Of a stretch of DNA of 64,000 nt, positions 54,474 through 64,000 are shown one piece after another; within the stretch, counting starts at the first letter, position 1, and each line of letters opens with the position of its first letter. The translations under genes and the position numbers were made by a program. The DNA lies in assembly GCA_040954595.2 (NCBI GenBank), contig CM082580.2, positions 9,092,390 through 9,156,389 of the forward strand, written 5' to 3'. The notes under the pieces are model-generated. The model saw nothing but the letters and a program-made list of their open reading frames with translations, did not search any database and was not told where the DNA came from. This DNA is from Balanoglossus misakiensis. Taxonomy: Eukaryota > Animalia > Hemichordata.

Positions 54474-57400
54474 GGGTGCTGTAGGCAGATGTCTGTCTTT
54501 CCCCGCGTCACTAGACTGGGTACAGATTTACAAAACAGATCACAGAAGACTTATCGCGTATATCTGTCCGCCTTTTGTCATCAGTAATTCTGACTGGAGT
54601 TCTGTTCTCTGAAACTGATTCATTGGTTTTTAGAAACAGCGGGTCTGACAGGAGATGGTGCGGTCATATGTGGGCTCTTTGTGAGGAGAGGAAACAGAGG
54701 GTTAGGAATTTCAGCCAAGACAAAGGCTGGTGTGTCACGTTCATTGAAGGAAACTTGAAAGGGTGAGGAAATCTGAAGAGCAGCTGACACAAAAATAAAC
54801 AAGTTTACAGTTGTACATTGTGTGTGGTTGGTGCAGTACATTTGACGGTTGTCTTTTACGTGGTGCCAAAGAAAAAAGAATGAGGAGTATAATTTAGAAA
54901 CTTGAAGTGCCATTTGATCCCCCCCCCCCCCCCCCCACGAGATGAATGTAAAGCCTGGTGTTCTTCCGATATGACCCGTATTTCTCACAAGTACCATGGT
55001 GTTTCTCAGTTGCAAGTAGAATGCGAAGGTGGCTGAAATATCCGCGAAGTTCTGGAAAAAATGTCTGTCGGGCAGCCGTACAGTACTTGCATCTCCATGT
55101 TGCTGTTCAGGGACAAATGCCTTGAGACAAAATGAATGTCAGCCGATGTGTATTGGGATAGAGGAAGTTTAGACGATAGAAGACTGTGTTGTCAAGAAGT
55201 CTGTGATAGGTTGTCTGAGTGCGACAAATTATGTGACTGACATTGGAGTCAAAGGTCAAAGATACTAGCGTCTGAAAGTATATTCTGTGAAGTCAGTGTA
55301 TTCAATGTTGTGTCGAGCAATATTATAAAAATAATGATAAATGATTCGGATATATAAAATGTACTAGTATGAAACACTACTTTTAATAGCTGGTATATAA
55401 ATTATAGTGAACACATTGATGTTGAAATGTGACATATAAAACACTGGTATTGTACAATATATCCAGTTTTTAAAATCAAATCCATTGTTCATCGACCATC
55501 AAGCAATATGACACCCAGTGGTACTGACATCAGTGTCATGTGAAGCCAGCAACATTGATGTCCTCGGTAGTGGCAAATGATTGAATTTGACTTCGTCGAT
55601 ATCAAACATCTCCAGATTCTGACATATACTCCTATATAGTCACCCACACATACATAACAACATCACTTCACCCAACACCGTATGATAGATTTTAAACACT
55701 ATGCAGGGGTGAAGACCACACAGTGGAATGAACACAGTATTTCAGACAGTGGTAGCTAATCGAGAATACCGTAGTAAAGAAAACTAGTAAGTTATTTGCG
55801 GAGAAGTTCAGCTGAATATACCTATAAAGAGTCTTAAGTCGGTAAACAATGTAGAGTTAAAACACATAGAATCTGTATACTTTGAAACCTTGCAGCAAAT
55901 CAAATTTTTCAACTGTAGAAATCCCAAACAGGTCTTCTTAGTTAAACGTGCCCACCAGCAAAACCGCATGCAGATTTCAGGGAATTGACTGAGGGATGCC
56001 CCAAAATGTATGTTTTCTGATTTAGAAGTTGTGGCTTTTCAGGGGAATTTTTGCAGTGGTATTCTTGCGCAGTCGTCAGTATTTTGATATCATCCCAGAC
56101 CTTCCCGTTTATTCAGAGAGTGCGGAGTGACACTGTAGGTGTCAGGTCACAGTGCCCTTGTCACAAAGCAATAAAAAAAATGGTTAACTCTGATAGAAAT
56201 CATCCTGAATGTTAATTGACATTTACATGTGAAAGTTAATTGACACTACATATGTTTGTGTTAGATGTGGGGTTTCTTGCAGATTAGGCCTGTAGATGGT
56301 AGTTGAAAGTGTTTATTTGTGAACCGTGGGTTCTGTGCCTTAGACAAGAGATATTAAAGGGATGGTGTTATTTTAATTTTTTCACATATATCCATAGTCT
56401 CTAACCATGATTGTGTTGACACTGTCACTGTAAAACAAAAAAATATTAATGTTGCATGTAGAATAATTTCCTTCTTTGGCTTCAGGCTGGGTTTTCGTGA
56501 CAACATCATGTAGGTAGTAATGATAAGTAACTTTAAAGAAAAAGAAAAGAAAAGTCTCTTTGTCTTCTATGTGGTAGCTGCTGTGCTAAACTGAAACTTT
56601 CCCTGCATTCTTGTTTGTCAACTGGTTTTTATTGAAGTGTTTCTGAAACAATCTCCATTTTGGAAAGTGACCTTATCAGAGTACATAGTCGTCCTTTTTC
56701 ACCGTCGGGTACACAGTTCTGTCTCCAGTGTTGTTAGTATTGTCACTGTTCACATCAATGTAGAATGATGACGTCAGGAACTGTATGATTGTATACATAA
56801 TTTGTCATCTAGCTTTTTGTTCAAAAAGAATGAGGTACATGTAGACCTTTTGAGTGGTTGGATTTTTTTCTGAAAGGCATTTTGAGTCCTTTTTTTTCAT
56901 TTACAGCTTGTGATTTCTTTGTTTTCATGATACTGACTGATATTTGTTTGCTGCTGTGATGCATTGTTGATGAATTTAACTCCTGTTCTGTTTGTACATA
57001 GAGTATCCTATATGCCAGTATTGACGTGGAAATCTTATTTCACTTTTGCATGTCTGATGAACGTAGCCGGGGGCACATTCAATTAGGCTGAAGTTTGCCG
57101 CAAGTCATAAGCACTGTACATGCACCCTTTGACTTCACTGTTGGACCACGACTGCAGTCCCCAAATTTGTGGTGAAGCTAGTTGTTGATCACTATATTTT
57201 GCAATATTTTATTAATATAAGTATGAAAATGTCCAGGCTAGTTTGAAATTTTTTTTGATCATTTACAATCTAATTATACTTCATTCCATGTTTTAGGTTT
57301 TTTTCTGCATCCAGTGACAAGCAATGATACATAGTTTTAATTGTACACACAACGTATTTGAGTAATACATCGAGTGTGCAAGGTATTGTAACTGAAAACT

Positions 57401-58091
57401 CCTGTATATCAGGCCTGGCAGAAACTACTGTGCAGAATGAAAAACAAATATTATTCCCCCCCCCCCCCCCCTCCCAAACAATTGTTTTTCAACACGAGGC
57501 TGATTTGGTGCAGGTATAGTTGCAGGCTGCAACATACTTGTTTAGAACAGGGTTTTCTTTTCATCTCTTTTGTTGACAGATTATCTCTTTTGCTCAAGAA
57601 ACTTGATCAGACTGTTAAATTTTAAGTTTATGGTGTACATAGAGTATTCATTCATATTTTATTGCAATATGTTTTTTTGGATGTATCGCACAGACTTATG
57701 TGACAACAACAGTAAATTTTGTACATAACGAAATGGAGAGATACCAGCTTAGTTTTTCAGCATGAAATTGACAACCATTGTGGATGAGCCAATGGGTGCG
57801 TTTGCTTTTGTCACATGACACTCACATGACTATCATGTTCACACCACTTTAGAGTACCCCAGCTTCATAAAACTCATAGTATTTTTATTTCAGTGCTTGA
57901 GTGTATTCGGAGCCTTCGAGAAATGTACAGTGTGTCTCTCGGAGTTTCCGAGTTCGGGGTTGAGATGTATAAAAAGAGTATTGGTTGTGATTGGACCAAA
58001 TAAAATGCACATGATGGTATATTGGAGATCAGAGTGTGTTGTTGTTTACTGTTCACAGACGACAAAAACCCATTCTGAAGTGTGAAATAAG

Positions 58092-60860
58092 TTTATTATT
58101 TATTATTATTATTATTATTAAGAATTGTTTAAAATGCGCTACACATACGTCTCAGCGCATTGTACATAGCTAAAAGAGTAGATTAAAAAATACAAGGCTG
58201 GTAAAAATAGTTAAAAGGACACAATCGAACACGTTACACATAAAACCGAGTAAAAAGGTATGTTTTCAAATTACGCTTAAAAATATTGACACTTCTGGCG
58301 GTTTTGATATCAAGGGGTAAATTGTTCCATAAAATCGGCGCACAAACTGAAAAAGCTCTCTGTCCGTAGGTTTTGTTAAATTTACCATGAGGATGAGTTA
58401 AAAAGAATTGAACACTAGAGCGCAGTTCTCGAGCTGGTACATATAAATGTAAAAGATCAGTCAAATAGGCGGGTGCCTTACCACTGATACATTTGAATGT
58501 GAGCAAGAGAATTTTAAAACTGATGCGGGCCTCTACCGGTAGCCAGTGTAAATCTTTGAGTATGGGTGTGATATGATCGGACTTGCGCGTACGAGTAACT
58601 AGCCTCGCCGCAGCATTCTGTAGAGACTGAAGTCGAGCTAGATGTCCCTTCGGGATACCAAACAAAAGACTATTACAGTAATCTAAATGAGACGTTACAA
58701 ATGCATGAACTAGTTTCTCAGTTGTAGATCTGTCAAGAAGATTACGAATTTTAGCTATTCTATGCAAAGAGAAGAAACCATTTTTGCACAGCTTAGGGAG
58801 CATTCGTTTTTTACAGGGAGGGGGGGGCCGGTGGAATTTGAGTCGCCGACTAAATGTAAAAGGCAACCCCCCCTCGAAATTACTTTTCTAAAATGTGTCC
58901 CCCCCTAAATTCTTCAATTGTAAAATGTGACCCCCCCCCAAAAAAAAAAAAAAAAAGTTTATCCACCGGATTAAACTTATCAAACTTTGTCAGATATTTA
59001 GACTGACCATTGTTATTGTTGACATATGATTCTATTTAGAATTACATTCATTCTATCTTGTAAAAAAAGAAAAACAGCACTCCCATGAAAAGAATTTGAA
59101 ACTGATGTTTCCCCTCATCAGTGGGTATTAAAACTGAACATTGTTTTTATTTTTTAAGTATTTGTATTCTGTGTTGGGAGACATTGTAAACCGAGAATTG
59201 AAGGGGGTGGGTTTGGGAGGGGGTGTCCCCCTCCCACGTTAGAAAATTTTGTAAAATACAGAGCTCAAAGCTGCATTTTAATGAACCCGGCAAAAGCAAA
59301 TTAACTCAACTACCGGTATGTTGGGGAGGACAAATTTAACCGTCGCCGCTCAAAGTTATCATGGGGTGGGGGCAAGTCCCCTGACCTGGGACACTATGGA
59401 TAAACCAGTCAATGATTGAAAGGTGTTGATGAGGGGTGGGTGTGGGAGGGGGTTTCCCCCTCCCACATTAGAAAATTTTGTAAAATAAAGGGCGCGAAAC
59501 TGCATTTTTGCGGACTCAAAATAAACATTTAGTCGTCAAAGTGTGCTATAATTCCATACAAATCTGTTGTAAAAATTGCCCCCCCCCCTAAACCATTGAT
59601 TATAAAATTTGTCCCCCCCCTAAAAACTGCTTTGTAAAAGTAAACCCCCCCCCTGATTTCCACCGGCCCCCCCCCTCCCTGTAAAAAACGAATGCTCCCT
59701 TACTAATATGATCAGACATGCTACCATCCTGACTTAAAATAACGCCGAGATTTTTAACTGAAACTGAAGGAATTATGTCACATTGTCCGATTCTTAGACA
59801 GTCTAATGTTGTCACATTAGATTTTAAACGTGATGAAAAGTGAATAACTTCAGTTTTATCATCATTCAGTACAAGCATGTTAGATTTCATCCAGCTGCGG
59901 ATATCATCGACGCAGAGCTCAATGTTATTGCGAACATCGTTAGGGCTGTTGCAGATGGCATAAATTTGCGTATCGTCCGCGTATATCATGCAATCAATCC
60001 CGTGTTTTCCGAAGATGTCTTCCAGAGGTGCAGTGTAGAGTGTAAACATGAGAGGTCCTAGAACAGATCCTTGTGGAACGCCATATTTCATGCGAGAACT
60101 TGGGGATGATGCAGATCCAACCTTGACGCACTGTTGGCGATTAACGAGGTACGAACGAAACCACGATAAAGTGTTACCAGTTATTCCAAAACGATGATGT
60201 AGTCTCTGTAGCATTATTTCATGATCGATAGTGTCAAACGCCGCTGATAAATCTAACATGATAAGAATTACATCCTGTTTGTTATTCAAGGCAAGCATGA
60301 TGTCATTGTGGACACGCAAGAGAGCAGTTTCCGTGCTATGATTAGCACGGTAAGCACTTTGAAACTTTGTGAAAAGACTAAATTTAGTGAGGTGACTGTT
60401 CAGTTGCTGAACGACTACACGCTCGAGGAGTTTTGACAAGAACGGAAGGTTTGAAACCGGTCTGTAGTTCTTCAGAATGTTCTGATCCAGATCAACTTTC
60501 TTTAACAATGGACGAATTATCGCTGACTTGAAATGACTCGGCACGATGCCAGCTGTGAGCGAATTGTTGAAAAGATCAGCAAGGAAAGGTGCTAAGATGT
60601 GTACGCAATTCTTCAACACTCCATATGGTAGAATGTCGAGTTCACAAGATTTCGGTGGTGATTGTTTCACTAACGCAATTATATCCCCAGGTGACACTGG
60701 GTCAAATTCCGCGAAAGTATGAGTCGGTGTTATGTCAGCCTCACAGCTGTGCGGTTGTGGACCAATCCTGTCACGGAGTTGCGACACCTTGTTTTCAAAA
60801 TAATTCATGAAGGCTGATGGAATTTCTTTTGTTGGTACGTTGTTCGGAATGGAGTTATTA
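58092..60860 (-). mobile_element. 5'-truncated non-LTR retrotransposon (L2/CR1-group LINE), RT ORF interrupted by a nested DNA element
   Basis: RT motifs NYRPVSNLPFLSKLLERVV, LDLSAAFDTIDH, YGVPQGSVLGP and YADD (59703-60860). The C-terminus HAFVTSHLDYCNSLL..HITPILKDLHWLPV..RAFSVCAPILWNNLP (58234-58792) is L2-like. 3' stem-loop at 58133-58161 and (TAA)n tail at 58092-58120. No endonuclease domain is present; the 5' boundary is approximate. Confidence 0.92.
58796..59699. mobile_element. Non-autonomous PIF/Harbinger-type DNA transposon (904 bp) nested in the LINE
   Basis: About 40-bp TIRs GGGAGCATTCGTTTTTTACAGGGAG(G)nCCGGTGGAA, differing only in G-run length. TTA duplication at 58793-58795 and 59700-59702. 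No internal coding capacity is evident. Confidence 0.88.
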
Positions 60861-62262
60861 CTGACAAAGCAATACAATACAGTCTCTGAATTAATCAATA
60901 CCAAAGTGTTGATATTGTAAATTGCGAGAAGTTTATTGATAAAAAAAGTTTACAAGAAGAGATTTATGGATGTCTCGTCATAAAATGCTCATCACAGAAG
61001 AGACGTTTTCTGGAGGCAGTAAAAAATGGCTCCTTTTATAATACAAAGCCTTTAAAGCTAGTGGCTTTCTGAATGTACACCACAATGCATTTGTAGGACT
61101 TGGTCAGTCTTATCTGTGAGGGATGCACCTCAACTGCCAATATTAGATTTTCATTACCAAGGTCTTCCCAATCTTTCACACATATACTTGAAAAGTTCAT
61201 GAAAAAGTTAGTTTCAAATCTTTTTCCCTTTATTTTAATTTTTTTAAAAGAGCAGAAATAATAATCAATAATTTACCCATGAGCAAATATTTAAAGCTGC
61301 CATTTTGAGTTTCAAGTCTTGACAGTTTTTTTCTTTAATTTAGTTTCATTTGCATAGTAGCTTCAAATCGTCCTTGAGGATCTCTTGTTCATAAATATTT
61401 AACACTTTTGGACAAAGCCAGCGCACCCAGGTATAATGCAGTATATTCAAGGTGCTTGTAACTTACGCAAGTCTTATAATCTCTGCTGCCTGAGGGAATT
61501 TTTTCCCACTGTACAGCAGTTCTGGAAAAACTTTTCCGTAGTATAGAAGAGGACATTGTCTTAGTAGTAAGGTCCTGCTGGATAAGTTTATCTTTTGAAA
61601 AGAAATACAACTTTTTCCCTGTGATTTTAGACCCTGTGAAGACCAGGTAGCTTATTTTGAGGATTGGAAAGAATAGAAACTTTTGTGTATCAACTATACT
61701 GCAATTTATCACTGAAGTTCTGACATTCATACATTTCCATTAAAAAATTCCTAAATCATTAATAAGATAAGCAGTCAAGATTCTGCTTGTCCGAGTTAGT
61801 GGAGCTATGCTCTACGAAGATCGCTACACAAGATCCGATTACGCTGTGAAGATTTCGACAATGTGCGAAATGAGGCAGCATGGCAAGTTTATTTGTAGTG
61901 CCAGAGTGAAGATGTGTGTGATCCTATACAAAGGCTCCGTCTTCACTCTGACACTACAAAATCAACCTACCCACATTCACATTGCGTAACCAACTAAACC
62001 TAACCCACAATCACGTACTCATTCACTGCAATAGGATTTCAGCTTGGCATTCTTCAATGTATCTGTGCAGGGGAAGAAAAGGAGAAATATTTGTTAGATG
62101 CATATGTATGGAAGTGGTTTTATATTTATGGAATGTTTAAGTATTTACAGTAATGAAGCAGCCATATTGTTAGTCATGCTAAGATGTGAAACAGAAGTTT
62201 AGTTTTCTCGGGTGGAGTGATGACATTGTACAATGCTGTGACATAGACGCCACAGGTTTATT

Positions 62263-63985
62263 TTAACCCAGTCTGACCTTCATCTGTTTGACCTTGGGCG
62301 CTTTCTTCTTCATCTCTCGACGGTGTTCACGCTCCTGTAATATAAAGAGGGAAAGAACGGAATCAGATGTGTTGGAGTCAAGCAATATCACAACAAATGA
62401 TCCCCTGTACAGTATGACCACAGCAGTGGCGATAGACCCGTTTTGGTGCTTATGACAGCAGCTGGTTATTTCCTGTGCTACCCGAGTGTTACAACACTTC
62501 AACAAGAGGCACACGAGCGCGCACTCACCTCCCACTTTCTCTGCTTATCCGGATCATCTTCGTTCATCATTCTCTCCTTGTCCGCTCTGCGCTTCTCTTC
62601 TCGGCGATTCTGGGCGGCCTCTTGGCGCTGGCTGTGAGACGCTTTCAGAAAGCTCTCCGCTATCTTGGCTCGGGTTTTGTCAGCCTTGTTTTTACCCTGT
62701 GCAAAAGGAAAAAAAGTGCATCGAATTGTCACAATGCACAAATTCTTACAGGTATCAAGTACCAGTGAACAGGGCTCTCCTCAATCTGGTCGGCGACCGT
62801 GTCAGTGTGCAAATTGAATTTCAAGAATGTGTATTAGAGAAGCAAGGAAATCTGACCTCTTTGGTGAGTCGGAAGCGTTTGACTTTATCGATGCAATGCA
62901 TGACCAGTTTCATCATCGGCTCCATCTTCTGAATGTCCTTTGTTGAGGGGTTACCGCTTCCAGGAACTGTCGGGATGAGATATAAAATTTAAGACTGTGC
63001 TTAGACTCGGGGAGGACTCTTGAACTTTCCTTGAAGATACATGGACTGATTACCTATCACTCAGGGGAAAAAACATACTAAAAGATGACGAGATCAGGAT
63101 GTGTTACTTACCATTAAAACTGAAAATAAGGACCTTCTGAGTTGGGGGCATTTTGGCAGGTTGGCCTTCACTGTAACAAAATAAATTCTATTATTGTAGC
63201 ATACTTCTTAATTGTTACACATTCCAGGTTCCTACGTTGGGATTACAATGTACTGTGTTGTACATGGGTGTGCCATGTGTGTCAAATGAAGATGGTGCAA
63301 GATTTTAAACAGTGGGGGAATCACTTACTCTGTGTTGATTTTGGGTCCCGAGAACTGGTCTGAAAAGTGTAAATAATCGAACATATCCTCATACAAGTTC
63401 AAACAAGTCACGATCTGCAAACGAAGCGACAATTCGTGCGTTAGACTTGGTCGGCTGACACTGTGTGTGACGGGGAGGACAAACAAATTCCAGTGGGTGG
63501 GGGGAGGGTACACAGACATACTTAGAGGCCAAAGTGTTTTTCTCTACTGTTTTTACCGAACATCCCTACCTTGGAATCCAGGATCCCATTGACGATTTCA
63601 CCCATCTCGCTAACCACAGACAACGAGTTAGGAAGTCCATACTTCTCTCCGCTTCTTTTATCGGGACAGAATAAACTCTGTATAAAATATAAGTGGCAAT
63701 GTCAAAAATATAGATATGATCCCACATGTGTACTTGCATAAGCAAATGAGAAATTTGGTTATTATGTTTTATGGACAATATGCAAACATACGCATATTTA
63801 CAGAAGTATACATTCTACGCCTACAATGTACTAACTACATAGGGCGATATGAAAAACAGCAGCATTGCTGGATGGCAGCTTACCAAATCTTGCATGTCTT
63901 TCTGTAACTTGACGGCAGTTTTCTTATCAGCCACAGCAAAGATGAAGCTGTCCATGTCTTCACTGTTCATTGTTACTGTTATCCT
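62263..63985 (-). CDS. CCDC47: CCDC47 (calumin; PAT complex subunit), 3' exons; 5'-partial
   Basis: Exons 63985-63884, 63677-63570, 63414-63329, 63170-63112, 62966-62857, 62696-62529, 62334-62263, all in frame. Peptides [73 protein letters not shown] and KQMKV match CCDC47 as I recall it. Confidence 0.93.
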
Positions 63986-64000
63986 CTGAAATCATGACAA

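Noticed and set aside
58080-60940. Target-site duplication for the LINE (AAGTTTATT near both sides)
   Set aside because: Low complexity, overlaps the tail, and the right copy lies about 70 bp from the apparent 5' truncation point; it more likely is a CCDC47 AATAAA signal.
1-64000. CRISPR arrays, operons, tRNA, rRNA or snoRNA genes
   Set aside because: The DNA is eukaryotic and spliced; I saw no repeat-spacer array or convincing structured RNA gene by eye. A covariance-model search was not possible.

Overview
Eukaryotic, intron-rich, AT-rich DNA from an invertebrate bilaterian (probably a marine deuterostome; the species cannot be determined from the sequence). I rebuilt three spliced genes by hand, with consistent exon phases. 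(1) The 5' part of Epac (RAPGEF4-like cAMP-regulated Rap GEF) on the minus strand: 15 exons from 34789 down to 47, with a 22 kb first intron; the gene runs off the left edge. (2) A complete SNX13 (RGS-PX1) on the plus strand: 23 coding exons, about 1073 aa, head-to-head with Epac. (3) The 3' part of CCDC47 on the minus strand. Between the convergent SNX13 and CCDC47 3' ends lies a 5'-truncated L2/CR1-group LINE, split by a nested 904-bp PIF/Harbinger-type non-autonomous element. The best signals are a minor-spliceosome AT-AC intron in Epac, a 67-bp doubly palindromic insertion with a 9-bp target-site duplication, a tandem LxRxxS repeat tail on SNX13, a candidate alternative Epac first exon, and SNX13 uORFs. 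Most short ORFs in the supplied track are intronic noise. I found no evidence for a wholly new multi-gene system. All homology statements are from memory; no searches were run.
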